DNA of 49,830 nt from a virus (Duplodnaviria > Caudoviricetes). Both the position numbers and the translations under genes were made by a program. The stretch lies in the IMG/VR virus record IMGVR_UViG_3300046832_000948, positions 1 through 49,830 of that record. One strand, written 5' to 3'. The first letter of the stretch is position 1. Every line of letters starts with the position of its first letter. The notes beneath the pieces are model-generated. The model did not search any database. It had not been told where the DNA came from and saw only the letters and a list, made by a program, of their open reading frames with translations. Shown one piece after another: positions 11,503-22,010 of the stretch.

Positions 11503-13392
11503 TTAATTGGCTTTTAATAGCGCAGCAATTTGATCTCTGTCCTGCTTTAAAGACTGTAATAATTTTACATCGTCGTCATCTTTTAAGAGAGGGGTATCAC
11601 CTGCACCTTTCTTTTTTTCGTCTACCTTTTCGGATTGCAACTTTAAACCAGCCTCAATGCCACGTAGCCGTCCAACTAAAATAGATCTTGCCTTTACTTT
11701 TCCGTAGTTATTTACTACACCGACTGGATCTGAAAAATCAGTAATCACATGCTTATCTGTTTCTTTGATCATTGTACTTGTGGTTACTTCAACAATACGT
11801 TTTGCAACATCTATAGGTATGCGTTGTTTAGTTTTTGGTGCAGTAAATCCAATTTCCTCTAAGGTTGTCGGATTACCAGATGCTAATGTGCCATTTATCC
11901 GTCTCATTTCATCTGTGTACATACTGTCCGCGTTTTCTATTTTGCTAGATATGTAAGTCATCGTTGCTTGTCCTGCAGTTTTTGCAGCTGCTTGAACTTG
12001 ACCATCTTTACCCAAGCGAGCAATAGCAAGTTGATTTGCCCTGTTAAGTGCATTTTCAGATTTCTCGAATGCCCGATCTTGTTCAGCTTTATTTGCTGCA
12101 GCGTTCTCTTTAACAGCACCAGCCTGTTGAGCTGTCCAATCAGATACAACTTTTGGATCTACAGAGATAAATGGCATCATTGCAGCTTTTAATGCAGCTC
12201 CACCATCAGCCGGTGTCTGCGGATTTCCATCTGCATCCAGAGGCCAGTTTGCGGGGTCGTCACCGATAAGGCCTTTCTGTAAGTCTGCCACAGTACGTCC
12301 CATCTGACGAGCAGTTGCTTGAAATGCTTGACCAATAGGTCCATACATACCTTGCACGACCTTACCGTAGTCAATAGATGGAAGTGGTGCATTTGGATCA
12401 ATAAGCCCCTTGTTATTTAGTTGAACGCGACTAAGATTTTGCGGACCTACTAACGATGAAAGATTTCTGCCTTTCATACCTTCCATCATAGCCTTGTATT
12501 CATCAGGCGTTAATTCATGATCTTTTCCGGGAGCAATTGATAAACCTAACCCTGATAAATATGTAGATAATCCTGCATCAATGCCGACATTTCCATTTGG
12601 TAGTTGCACTGGTGCTGACGGAGGTGCTCCAGCTGCTTGTTGACCACCTATTAACCCAGTAGGCTTAATAGCACCAAGGTTACCTGCCTGTGCGTTAGGC
12701 GAACCAAATGATGTCATAGGTAACCCAGTTGCAGGAGGTTGCATTTGGCGAGTAGCAGGTGCTCCGGGGACATCAAATCCAGTAGGTTGTGTAGGTGCTC
12801 CGGGTACAGTGAAACCACCCTGCTGTGCTGCTGTTGGTAAGCTCTGCTGCTGTGATTGTGGAGCTTCTTGACCAAACAACATCAGTTCTTCAACCTGCTC
12901 AGGCTTTAATCCAAACGTAGACAGGGTTTGCCTATATTCGTTCCTACGTCGATTTACATCGCGCCTAACTAAATTAATTTCAGCAAGGATGGACTGCTGT
13001 TTTGCAGGATTTCTTTCCGTAGAATACGCAGAAAGAAGCTTTGGTAAGCCAGCTTCTGCTGCTGCTATTTGATCCGCTATTGGTTTACGTGCAGTGAGTG
13101 CGCGATTGTATGGATCATTTGCTTGCCTTTGCGTATCTAGAGTAAGTTTATTGATATCAAATTGCTGATCAGCAGTACGTTTAGCTTGCGCAGCAGCGTC
13201 TTTTTGCATCTGAAATGCTTCACGCTGCTGTTGCTCCGCCCTGTTTTGTCTATTGCTTTCATTAGCTTCTTTAGCAAATTGCAAACCCATCTGTGCAGTT
13301 TGATCTTGATACTGACGTCGCTCTTGCTTTCCTTTATCAAGACCAGTCAGAAATCCTAATAAACCACTAACGCCAGATTGATTGAATGTCAT
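11503..13392 (-). CDS. Putative ejection / internal virion protein (629 aa)
   Basis: N-terminal GVSGLLGFLTG followed by Q/A-rich coiled coil and a Pro/Gly linker (GFTVPGAP / GFDVPGAP duplicated). Position between pilot-like gene and giant gene is typical of podovirus ejection proteins. Confidence 0.65.
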   Translation of the reverse strand: MTFNQSGVSGLLGFLTGLDKGKQERRQYQDQTAQMGLQFAKEANESNRQNRAEQQQREAFQMQKDAAAQAKRTADQQFDINKLTLDTQRQANDPYNRALTARKPIADQIAAAEAGLPKLLSAYSTERNPAKQQSILAEINLVRRDVNRRRNEYRQTLSTFGLKPEQVEELMLFGQEAPQSQQQSLPTAAQQGGFTVPGAPTQPTGFDVPGAPATRQMQPPATGLPMTSFGSPNAQAGNLGAIKPTGLIGGQQAAGAPPSAPVQLPNGNVGIDAGLSTYLSGLGLSIAPGKDHELTPDEYKAMMEGMKGRNLSSLVGPQNLSRVQLNNKGLIDPNAPLPSIDYGKVVQGMYGPIGQAFQATARQMGRTVADLQKGLIGDDPANWPLDADGNPQTPADGGAALKAAMMPFISVDPKVVSDWTAQQAGAVKENAAANKAEQDRAFEKSENALNRANQLAIARLGKDGQVQAAAKTAGQATMTYISSKIENADSMYTDEMRRINGTLASGNPTTLEEIGFTAPKTKQRIPIDVAKRIVEVTTSTMIKETDKHVITDFSDPVGVVNNYGKVKARSILVGRLRGIEAGLKLQSEKVDEKKKGAGDTPLLKDDDDVKLLQSLKQDRDQIAALLKAN

Positions 13393-13401
13393 AGTAGCCT
13401 C

Positions 13402-14178
13402 TTAACCGTAATATCCACTAGGGAAGACTGGGTTGTTTAATCTGTTGATCTGCGCATCAACTAATCCTTGACGTTGCTTGAAATCACGATCTGCTTGTTG
13501 GCCAGATAAATAACTTCCACCAAGTTGCCCAAACATTCCAGCAATCTGATCGCGTTGATTTTGCAGTGCTGCATCACGTTGCATTTCTGCTTGCGCCTCA
13601 CCTTGATACTGGCCGTAAAGAGTGTTGCCAGCATTCTGTGCATTACCATACGCTACGTTAGCTTGATTCTGATATGTATTCATACCCTGTCCAGCCATGC
13701 CAAGTGCCTGTTGTCTGCGTTGGTCAGCGCCCATTGCATATTGGACTGCACCCTGTGACATAGCCATCGCAATAGGATTGTTATAGAAATTATCCGTCAT
13801 CATATTATTTGTCATGCCACCACCCATGTTTAACGCATTACCTTGAGCGTTATATCTACCTTGGGCTTGAGCAGCATTGCCAGTGATTGCACCCATCTGG
13901 CTACCTGCTTGTCGCAGCATTGCGTTTGTAGCATCGGGATTGTTCAGTCGTTCCATTTCGTTTTGTAAACCACGTGAATATTGATTAGAGAACGTATTAG
14001 CACGTGATTGATTTTGTTGACCTAGTTGATTCTGTTGATTTTGAAAATTCTGATTGTACATCCGCTGTTGAGATAACTGCGACTGATACGGATTCGATTG
14101 CTTCTTAAACAATCCGCCAGCAATATTTCCAAGAAATTGACTTCCTAAACCAACTGCTACTTGCGGTGGTATAAACAT
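13402..14178 (-). CDS. Putative DNA pilot / small ejection protein (258 aa, Q/N/G/A-rich)
   Basis: Gly-rich hydrophobic N-terminus, Gln/Asn-rich helical body, directly downstream of tail genes. Confidence 0.65.
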   Translation of the reverse strand: MFIPPQVAVGLGSQFLGNIAGGLFKKQSNPYQSQLSQQRMYNQNFQNQQNQLGQQNQSRANTFSNQYSRGLQNEMERLNNPDATNAMLRQAGSQMGAITGNAAQAQGRYNAQGNALNMGGGMTNNMMTDNFYNNPIAMAMSQGAVQYAMGADQRRQQALGMAGQGMNTYQNQANVAYGNAQNAGNTLYGQYQGEAQAEMQRDAALQNQRDQIAGMFGQLGGSYLSGQQADRDFKQRQGLVDAQINRLNNPVFPSGYYG

Positions 14179-14188
14179 CTACTTACTC

Positions 14189-14632
14189 CTACTGTAATAC
14201 GTACCAAATACCGTTTCCGGATGAATCGACCTGTGCCACTAATGTGACTGTTTCATATTGTGCAACTGGCCATGCTTTTGCTACTGCTTTACCCAGTGTG
14301 TCACCGGATTGTATTGCAGCACTAACTTGATTTGCAGTGCTATCTGTTTTGATTATATGTATAAATTGACCATTAGCGTAATATGCACGTGGCAATGTTA
14401 CTACAATTGCTGCAGATGCAGCGTTTGCACTAACAATCAATTGCCCAGTGTCTGCATTTGCGCTCGATGTAATAGAAATAGGCGTAAAGTTTGCTGGCGC
14501 ATACGGTGGTGCAAAAGCTCCACGTGCTTGTACGTTCTGTGTTAAAACAACTTTACTTTTACCGGGACCAACAACGCCTCCTGACAGAGCTGTAAATTGA
14601 TCTGGTGTAGTTAAACCTCCGGGCACTCCCAT
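14189..14632 (-). CDS. Small tail/fibre-tip-like structural protein (147 aa)
   Basis: VVTLP..A...GQ.IHIIKTDSTANQV...GDT...QYETVTL...W pattern common in phage fibre C-terminal domains; TAATG coupling to upstream gene. Confidence 0.55.
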   Translation of the reverse strand: MGVPGGLTTPDQFTALSGGVVGPGKSKVVLTQNVQARGAFAPPYAPANFTPISITSSANADTGQLIVSANAASAAIVVTLPRAYYANGQFIHIIKTDSTANQVSAAIQSGDTLGKAVAKAWPVAQYETVTLVAQVDSSGNGIWYVLQ

Positions 14633-17600
14633 TACGCTCTCCTTACTGCGCTTTCTGTGCTATTAACTGATATTGCATGTATCTCAACTCGTGATGTTGC
14701 ATTTGTTCCGTAAACTTCTAACTCCAACCACGTACCACGCAAATCATTTGGTACTTGTCTGAACCCAACTGCTTTATCTTGATTGGCCGACGTATTGTAA
14801 ATGCCAGTAGCCGTAACGTTTTTATTGTTAGTTATCTTCCAGTTGAATTGTATGGCACTAGGTGTGTAATAGTGGACGTTTACTTGATGAGGGCGATTAG
14901 TCCCATAGTATGCAACACCTTCGGCGTATGTCTGTCCATACCGCCTAGTTGTTATCTTCCAGTCAATACCTTGTGTTGCACCTGCATATGTTGGCCTATC
15001 ACTAAAGCCTTCAAGCCTATAAATCTGCCCATTAGATCCACCAACATACATGTCCGCTACATCATTTGTTGACGTACATGACACGGCGCTCGTCACGTTT
15101 GTTTGTACCGTACTAAATACCGGAAGTTTCCACTTTACCCAACCTGTAGTTCTAGTGTCATAAACATACACAACACTATTACTATTTGCCGTGTTAGCTC
15201 CAGCTATTGGCGCAAATGCATATAAACGGCGTTCGTGCGACAACATTACAATGTCGCTATATGCAGCAGCTCCAATGTAATTTGCAGATCCTGTAGGACC
15301 ATAATCCATTGACCTTGGATTCAGAACACCTTCAAGTGGCACACTGATAGGTTCTATCTTCGTGCCATTCATTGTGCTAATTCCAAAACTAGACACAAAT
15401 AATGCTTGACCAACTAAGCTTGCAATACCTTTACTAGCAAGTAAACCAGCTCCAGGTTCTCGCACAAACTGTTGTGCCTGAAAAGACGTAGGGTCAAATC
15501 CAACAATTGGGACAATGCTGTTTTCCCTGTAAGCAATAAGGATTGCGGATGTATCTCCACCGGCTGCTACTATACCGTCGGCAATATAGGACAATAAATT
15601 AACGATCTTTTCATTATCATCCTGTGATCCGATAGTCATAAAAGCACCCTTTATTGCCATAAAAGGATCTTGAACATCCGGAATATTAGTTGTGTACACA
15701 CCGTATTCATTGTCTTTGTTTAACGGCCATGTTGCATACAGCCCGTTATCCTTTGACGTAAATAAACGTTGCTTGTGATTTGCTATCGAGCTTAAGCCCG
15801 TAGGTAATTGATTACGCCCTGTGTGATGAAACATTCCCGGACGTCCAACATTAGTTGGAAACAATATGTCTGTATCGCGGACATCGTCATAGATTGTGTA
15901 CGAGGCTGTGTTTGTTGACCAAGTTACATCAAATGTAACTGCATCACTATTTACTAATGCTCCAGTAGTGTAGTCAAATACTTTTGCGTTTTGTGCTGTG
16001 TATGATGTCCCAGTGCCAAGATTTGTTGGGATCATTGCAATGAGCCTTGGCATTCCATCAGTAAACAGCGTGTCACACCTACGGTAAACCAAGATGTAGT
16101 CATAGTCGTAGTTAGTTGTAGATGTTCGTAGTCCAGCGTCAGTAAATGTTATTCTGCCTCGACTATACGCAACTGATGACTCAATTTCAGGGCTATATTC
16201 TGAAGGCACCGTTTCAACACCTTCTCCGGGTGGCGCAACTATGTTGTATGCAGATGTAGCTCTCCATGCAGCTGGAGCCGACTTCCAGCGTGTATACAGA
16301 TACTTGTATCTATTATCTGGAGTCATACCACCTTGACGTACAACGTCACCTAATCCAATTAGAACAGCATCAACCGATACATCTGGAATATCTTCATCAA
16401 AGCGTAAATAGATTGCAGTTACAGCATCTCGATTTGCACCGGGTATAGGAAATAGTTGAAACTCTAGGAATCTTGTTTGAACGTTATATGCTGCTTGACC
16501 AGTCCATGTAATCGCCCCAGCTTCTTGTATTCCAAGACTGATAGGTATTTCATTCACTCGAATGTTAGGATGCAATTCTGCTCGTATGCCGATGCCTCTA
16601 TCGTTGGATAAATCTGGTGTTCCAGCAATGGCAAGCTTAATTAATCTGTTCTCTACAAAGCCACCATATAGTCCGGTTACATTTGTGTTAATCTGCGCTG
16701 CCTTAAATCCAGCTAGTCCTAAATCAGTAGTAGTGCCGTTATCGTTTGCGCTTGACAAAACACTGTACAAATACACACCATCGATTAACACACCGGGATC
16801 ATTGTCGCGTGACCAACCACTGTTGCTGATTTGAATTCGGACTTTATCCAGTGTGCCTTCAAACTGCCTGAAGTCGATAACATACTCAAACTGAACCCAG
16901 TCAGCTGTAGTTTGCTTTGGTGCTGCATCTGCTACAGCAGTAAAAAATGCGCCATTAATTACTGCCGTAGTGCTATATCCTGTCACTGCTACATTTAAGT
17001 ATTGCCCGTTAAACGGTTTTGCGTCATCGTAATTCATTAAGGCGAATGACAACCTGAATAAACCATTTACCTTCGCTGTACCACCGTTTTGCGAGTATGT
17101 CGGAAGACCTGAAATCTCTTGAAGTATGTAGTCTGTCGGCTTGTCAATACGCGCAATGTTACCAGTCGTCCTTCCATTTGCGCCCTGAGTGACAGTGCCT
17201 TTACTTCCAGCCCAAGGTAATGCATGAATACTGACTAACTGACTGCCACCAGTGCCAATAGATGGAGATCCCCCAATGGTATTCCAGTTTGCACAAGTAG
17301 TACCGGTGGCGGTAGCAAAAATAGGATTTAGTACACGGTTATCGGAAGGAGATGCACTAGAAAATGTTGCTTGTGCTGCACTATCCCCATACGTTCCAGA
17401 CGTGTATGCCTTTACAGCCTTTACAATACCAACAGCGTTTGGCTTGGTTGATGTTGGGCCGTTTACGGTTGGTAATGACGCAGCTATAGTTCCATTTGTT
17501 CTAAATAACGAGAACGATGAACCCGCCCCACCAACACCATAAATGTATCGTCCATATTGAGTCATGCGCACAAGTTTCCCCGCCGAGGGGAAACTGAAAG

Positions 17601-17931
17601 ACGCTCCAGTAGTTTGATCAGTTAATTCTGTTTCTGTTGCGGGTGCTCCAGATGGATCAGTTGCATACAGCTTTCCATTTTTTGCATAGACAAGTTTACT
17701 TACTGTGGCAGAACTCTTTAAAGCTGTCAATTCGTAAACAGGATTAGCAATAAATGTGTTCATGATTCCACGAAAACCATTCCTTAGAACAGGAGAGTTT
17801 CCATCAATCATCATGTTTTCGATATTTTGCGCATATCCATCTTTAAGTTTGTTTGGTTGCATGCGCGTATCCATACCGATCCAAGTAACATCACCCAGTA
17901 CAAATGACTGTTGATTGTTCATTGCTTTCAT
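14632..17931 (-). CDS. Tail nozzle / tail tubular protein B-like (P22 gp10 / T7 gp12 class), 1099 aa, with inserted beta-sandwich domains
   Basis: N-terminal W.GMDTR..P..L..GYAQNIENM...G..VLRNG and beta-propeller-like segments (HKQRLF, VYVYDTRTTGWVKW, MYVGGSNGQIYRL); position upstream of ejection genes. Confidence 0.72.
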   Translation of the reverse strand: MKAMNNQQSFVLGDVTWIGMDTRMQPNKLKDGYAQNIENMMIDGNSPVLRNGFRGIMNTFIANPVYELTALKSSATVSKLVYAKNGKLYATDPSGAPATETELTDQTTGASFSFPSAGKLVRMTQYGRYIYGVGGAGSSFSLFRTNGTIAASLPTVNGPTSTKPNAVGIVKAVKAYTSGTYGDSAAQATFSSASPSDNRVLNPIFATATGTTCANWNTIGGSPSIGTGGSQLVSIHALPWAGSKGTVTQGANGRTTGNIARIDKPTDYILQEISGLPTYSQNGGTAKVNGLFRLSFALMNYDDAKPFNGQYLNVAVTGYSTTAVINGAFFTAVADAAPKQTTADWVQFEYVIDFRQFEGTLDKVRIQISNSGWSRDNDPGVLIDGVYLYSVLSSANDNGTTTDLGLAGFKAAQINTNVTGLYGGFVENRLIKLAIAGTPDLSNDRGIGIRAELHPNIRVNEIPISLGIQEAGAITWTGQAAYNVQTRFLEFQLFPIPGANRDAVTAIYLRFDEDIPDVSVDAVLIGLGDVVRQGGMTPDNRYKYLYTRWKSAPAAWRATSAYNIVAPPGEGVETVPSEYSPEIESSVAYSRGRITFTDAGLRTSTTNYDYDYILVYRRCDTLFTDGMPRLIAMIPTNLGTGTSYTAQNAKVFDYTTGALVNSDAVTFDVTWSTNTASYTIYDDVRDTDILFPTNVGRPGMFHHTGRNQLPTGLSSIANHKQRLFTSKDNGLYATWPLNKDNEYGVYTTNIPDVQDPFMAIKGAFMTIGSQDDNEKIVNLLSYIADGIVAAGGDTSAILIAYRENSIVPIVGFDPTSFQAQQFVREPGAGLLASKGIASLVGQALFVSSFGISTMNGTKIEPISVPLEGVLNPRSMDYGPTGSANYIGAAAYSDIVMLSHERRLYAFAPIAGANTANSNSVVYVYDTRTTGWVKWKLPVFSTVQTNVTSAVSCTSTNDVADMYVGGSNGQIYRLEGFSDRPTYAGATQGIDWKITTRRYGQTYAEGVAYYGTNRPHQVNVHYYTPSAIQFNWKITNNKNVTATGIYNTSANQDKAVGFRQVPNDLRGTWLELEVYGTNATSRVEIHAISVNSTESAVRRA

Positions 17932-19617
17932 TTACATGCACCCCATTCGCTTGTACGTCTTTACAAGACTACCTTCTCTTGAACTTGTATCTACAAGTGT
18001 TTCTGTTTTGTCAAATTGACCATTAGTTATATCTGCTACATCATACTCTGTTGCGCCACCACCAACAGAAATAGTCGTGGCGAGTAAGTGCACCCTAAAC
18101 ACAGGTAGTGTAAATGGAAGATTGTACTGAACTACTCCAGCTACTTCTGTGCATAAATTAGCTACTTCGTACCCACACACCAATGGGAATAGATTTAAAT
18201 ACTCAGGACACTCACATATATTTGGTACATAACCATCAGCACGTATATTAGCAATTCCACGTATACTAGATGCCAATGGTAATGCTGGTGTATTAGGCGA
18301 TATTGGATAAAGAGTTAGTGTTGCTATTCCACGTATTGCAGAACTTATTTGATATCGGATTAAGGCAGATACGTTGGCCGTGCCGTTTATATTACAAGTT
18401 ACATATATGGGGTCACTGACGTTAGGTGTTGCAGTTAGTTGACCAATTCCAGTTATAGTTGCCGTAAGTTGCGTTGCGCGTTGCGCAGTTAACGTACCGA
18501 TTCCAACTATAGATGAGGCAACTTGCGTTGATGGCTGTGCGGATAAATTTGCAGTGCCAACAATACCAGACTGAATCTGACTCGATGTTGTGGCATTTAA
18601 TGTTGCTACAGCATTAATGTTTGAAGCAACAGAAATTATAGTTGCTGTAGTGCCCGTTGCATCGAGATTTGCTCTACCAGTAATGTTACTGGTGCGAGGA
18701 TTATCAATAGCAGAAATCGTTGCTGATAAATTAGCTTTACCAGTGATATTACTACTGCGTATATTTACTATAGATGCCGTGGCTGTTAGATCAGCACGTC
18801 CAGTAATACTACTGCTGCGTATACTTTCTACAGTTGAAGAGGCTGATAGATTAGCACGTCCAGCAATATCACTACTGCGTGGATTATTAATAAGGTATGA
18901 CGCATCTAATCTAGCATATGCTGTTATTGCACTGGCAGCTGTACCAGAAATAGTAGCCGTTACATTAGCCGTACCCGTAATACTACTACTGCGTGGATTA
19001 TCAATAGCAGATAACGTGCCAGATAAATTAGCCGTTCCAGTAATACTACTGTTGCGTATGTTTACTATAGATGGCGTAACTGCTAGATCAGCACGTCCAG
19101 TAATGCTACTGCTACGTGGATTATCAACGCCAGATGGTGTAGCTGAAAGATTAGCTACAGCACTTATATCTGCGCTACGTATGTTTACTACAGATGAAGT
19201 GGCTGCGAGGTTAGCCGTACCTGTTAAATTAGAGCTACGAATATTAACTATAGATGCAGTAGCATCAAGCCTTGCAATTCCGTTTAAAGATGCACTGCGG
19301 ATATTGATAATAGATGACGTAGCTAAAAGATTGGCTGTGCCGTTTAGGTCCGCGCTACGAATATTGACTATTGATGAAGTTGCTGCTAAGTTTGCTGTAC
19401 CCGTAATACTTGAACTACGTTGAACAGCTGGCTGAGCATCAAGTCTTGCAATACCGTTTAATGATGCACTACGAACATTTGCTATAGATGCAGCAGCATC
19501 AAGTCTGGCAACACCATTAAGACTTGCTGATGCATTTGTAACTCCAAGTGCAGGTGCAGCAAGTCTTGCAGCAATAAAGGCTACTGTTATATAGCCAGCG
19601 CCGAGTGGTGTTGCCAT
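17932..19617 (-). CDS. Repeat-rich fibre-like structural protein (561 aa)
   Basis: Tandem 18-22 aa S/T/A/I/N-rich repeats (RSSSITGTANLAATSSIVNI type); Cys-containing C-terminal region. Confidence 0.7.
   Translation of the reverse strand: MATPLGAGYITVAFIAARLAAPALGVTNASASLNGVARLDAAASIANVRSASLNGIARLDAQPAVQRSSSITGTANLAATSSIVNIRSADLNGTANLLATSSIINIRSASLNGIARLDATASIVNIRSSNLTGTANLAATSSVVNIRSADISAVANLSATPSGVDNPRSSSITGRADLAVTPSIVNIRNSSITGTANLSGTLSAIDNPRSSSITGTANVTATISGTAASAITAYARLDASYLINNPRSSDIAGRANLSASSTVESIRSSSITGRADLTATASIVNIRSSNITGKANLSATISAIDNPRTSNITGRANLDATGTTATIISVASNINAVATLNATTSSQIQSGIVGTANLSAQPSTQVASSIVGIGTLTAQRATQLTATITGIGQLTATPNVSDPIYVTCNINGTANVSALIRYQISSAIRGIATLTLYPISPNTPALPLASSIRGIANIRADGYVPNICECPEYLNLFPLVCGYEVANLCTEVAGVVQYNLPFTLPVFRVHLLATTISVGGGATEYDVADITNGQFDKTETLVDTSSREGSLVKTYKRMGCM
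18350..19540 (-). repeat. Degenerate coding tandem repeat, ~54-66 bp units
   Basis: Recurring DNA words such as CCAGTAATACTACTG and GATTAGCACGTCCAG, encoding R-S-S-x-I-T-G-x-A-N/D-L. Confidence 0.85.
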
Positions 19618-19621
19618 CGTA

Positions 19622-20098
19622 TTAGTCGAGCGTTACTGTAATTGCATTTGCCGCAAACGTAATCGACTGACCCGCAGTTAATGTTACAGAACCACCAGTT
19701 AAATCACCGTAATACAGAACTGATGTATCACTAGTGATAGTCCCACTCAATGTTGCAGACGTACAAATAGCAATACCTACAATTCCACTGATAGTGCCAG
19801 ACGCAGTAAATGTAATTGGGTTAATATTTGAAAGCGACGGAGTAGCTGCATCTGCCTCACCTGTACTACTAGTTTTCTGGAAACATTGAGATGATGTAGC
19901 AGTAAATGCTGGTCGCGACGTGTAACCTGCACCAGACGCAACTTCAGCAAAAGTGCTGTCATTAGTCGAGTTAGTCAATAACGCAAGATATAAAGTTGCT
20001 CCACCAGTTACAACAAATGCGGTACCAGTTGTGGCACCACGTAATGTAGAGTTTAAAATCTTAGCCTCTTGATGATTTGGAAAAGCTGTATTAGCCAT
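19622..20098 (-). CDS. Conserved small phage structural protein (158 aa), fibre-associated
   Basis: E.KILN...LYLALLT...EV.SG.GY.R...SN...ITF...G.I.GIAI...G..LYYGDL...GQSITFAA.AITVTLD pattern of a widespread phage family usually found next to repeat fibre genes. Confidence 0.65.
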   Translation of the reverse strand: MANTAFPNHQEAKILNSTLRGATTGTAFVVTGGATLYLALLTNSTNDSTFAEVASGAGYTSRPAFTATSSQCFQKTSSTGEADAATPSLSNINPITFTASGTISGIVGIAICTSATLSGTITSDTSVLYYGDLTGGSVTLTAGQSITFAANAITVTLD

Positions 20099-20100
20099 AA

Positions 20101-20919
20101 CTACGTACCTACCTTTACGATTGGATCAGCGCTTACACTTGTAGTGATCGCTTGGGACCATATAACAGATGTGTCCGCTTCATTGTACACATCAACCTGC
20201 GATCCGGAGCTTGCATCAACCTTGTTGCGCAAGATACGTAACGCATTTCGTACAGTTCTACCACTAGATGTAGTGGAAGCCTCATTGCCTGAACTGTCTA
20301 AGTTTCGCTTAAGGATGCCGTCTGCTATCTCTTCAACTGCATCTGTCGCTAAGGAATCAGCGTCAATTGCACCTGTAGCAATAGATGCTGCAGTAATACC
20401 ACCTGTAGCAACAGAACCAACAGATCCAGTTACGTTACCGGAGACGGATGCAACACCCTGACTTGTTGATATTGTTGTTCCTGAAAGACCTACAGTTGTA
20501 GTTGGCGACCCTACGTTAGCCCAGTCTAATCCTGCCTCGCCACCAGTACTAACATCAAGTGTGCGACCAGCTGTAGTTGGATACAAGTAGGCTTGATCAC
20601 GCATTGTAAAACGTCCAACGCACGAACCAACAACACTTACAGAGTCAACCGTACCAGTAGTAATAACACACTCATACGATGAACCATCAACATAAAACGC
20701 CGTACTGGTACTAATAGAAACAAAGTTTAGTCCAGCAACTCCATCATAGTTGGTTGTCAATGTAACGCCAGCTGTGTCCTGAGTTAAGTTATTGTCTTTG
20801 TATACAGATACAACAGGCGTTCCTCCTAAGAGAAAAGGCGCACCAGTAGATGGCCTAAATGTTGTAAACATAAAGGTAATCGTGTCATTCTTGCTGAAGT
20901 CGCCAATATATTTACTCAT
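20101..20919 (-). CDS. Structural protein, cassette gene C2 (272 aa; paralog of 22261-23511)
   Basis: Shares YIGDF, STGA, YKDN, FYV.G..Y and IADG.L.R.LDSSGN...RTVR.ALR..RNKV with the 416-aa protein. Confidence 0.75.
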   Translation of the reverse strand: MSKYIGDFSKNDTITFMFTTFRPSTGAPFLLGGTPVVSVYKDNNLTQDTAGVTLTTNYDGVAGLNFVSISTSTAFYVDGSSYECVITTGTVDSVSVVGSCVGRFTMRDQAYLYPTTAGRTLDVSTGGEAGLDWANVGSPTTTVGLSGTTISTSQGVASVSGNVTGSVGSVATGGITAASIATGAIDADSLATDAVEEIADGILKRNLDSSGNEASTTSSGRTVRNALRILRNKVDASSGSQVDVYNEADTSVIWSQAITTSVSADPIVKVGT

Positions 20920-22010
20920 CGCACATACCCCGCTAACGGATTAGCTGCCAATCCACCACCACCTACTGGGGGTGTGATGTCACATATCAATGCTTGCATT
21001 GCCCATATACGTAGATCTGACTGAACCCATGCTCCTGCTAACGACCGCTCTGTTGCAAAAATATCGTCTGGGTTTGCAACATAACAACCTCTGTCAATTG
21101 GTAAATCTAAATCAAATGCATATATAGAACCAGTGGCTGTACCTGTTGTTGGTCTAAATACTAATCTGTAATAACTACCAGCATTCAGTGTTGCTAATGT
21201 TGCTGTTTCAAAATACACAAGACTAGGATGTGCAGTTGCAGCAGACACCTCATCTTTATCTACAAGTACTTCCTGTAAAACTGTTGTGCCGTTAGTGTCA
21301 TATAAACGAAGGCTCCAGTCACCAAGTGAGAATGCACCACCAATACGCACACCGTTTATCTGATAGGTGGAGCATACATTCGTAGGAACTCTGAAATAAT
21401 GCCCGTATTCAGTTAAAGCCCCAGACGTACCAACGTTATTATTTGATCTGGAGATAATGTTTTTAATTGGATTTCCATATGTTTTAGTAGAAGTAATAAG
21501 TCCAAATACGGCGTTTTGCACAGTAGCCTTTGCTGTGTTTTCCGCAACATATGGGCCACGATGACCATGCGTAGTGTTTGCTATGCTTCTTGAAATAGTC
21601 ATCATGTCATTAGTATCCCAGCCTCCTCCTCCACTGGCTATTGGCTGCATGACAAGTGCTATCACTTCACCGCGACCCAATGTTATAGATGACGGTAGTG
21701 TTCTAGTTACGAATGAGTTATTGTTTGCAGTGATTGGTGTGTAATCAGAATAGTTTGTTAATCCACCATACCAGTTTCCGTCTGGCATACCAGTTGTCGC
21801 ATTGACAGTCTGAATACCTACACGTAGGTTGTCTGGTGTATTACTCACACTTCCCTGTCTAAATTTGACAGAAGTGACTGTCATCGGCTCTTCAACCCTA
21901 ATGATTATTCCTAATCTATCGGTAGTAGCATCTAATGTAGTAGTTTGAAAAGCTGGTGCAGCATTAAGTGGATGCAGTATCTCAGGATATGAAATTTTAA
22001 AAGCACCCAT
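20916..22010 (-). CDS. Two-domain beta-sandwich putative receptor/glycan-binding protein, cassette gene B2 (364 aa; paralog of 23508-24626)
   Basis: Shares RVGIQTV.AT, Y.DY, TYGNP, EYG..F.VP, LYD..VLQ, YF...TL..L..GS.YR and TER...GAW with the 372-aa protein; resembles DUF4082-like sandwiches. Confidence 0.7.
   Translation of the reverse strand: MGAFKISYPEILHPLNAAPAFQTTTLDATTDRLGIIIRVEEPMTVTSVKFRQGSVSNTPDNLRVGIQTVNATTGMPDGNWYGGLTNYSDYTPITANNNSFVTRTLPSSITLGRGEVIALVMQPIASGGGGWDTNDMMTISRSIANTTHGHRGPYVAENTAKATVQNAVFGLITSTKTYGNPIKNIISRSNNNVGTSGALTEYGHYFRVPTNVCSTYQINGVRIGGAFSLGDWSLRLYDTNGTTVLQEVLVDKDEVSAATAHPSLVYFETATLATLNAGSYYRLVFRPTTGTATGSIYAFDLDLPIDRGCYVANPDDIFATERSLAGAWVQSDLRIWAMQALICDITPPVGGGGLAANPLAGYVR

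Noticed and set aside
18350-19540. Possible CRISPR array
   Set aside because: Repeats are degenerate, in-frame and coding, with no constant repeat and unique spacer structure and no cas genes.
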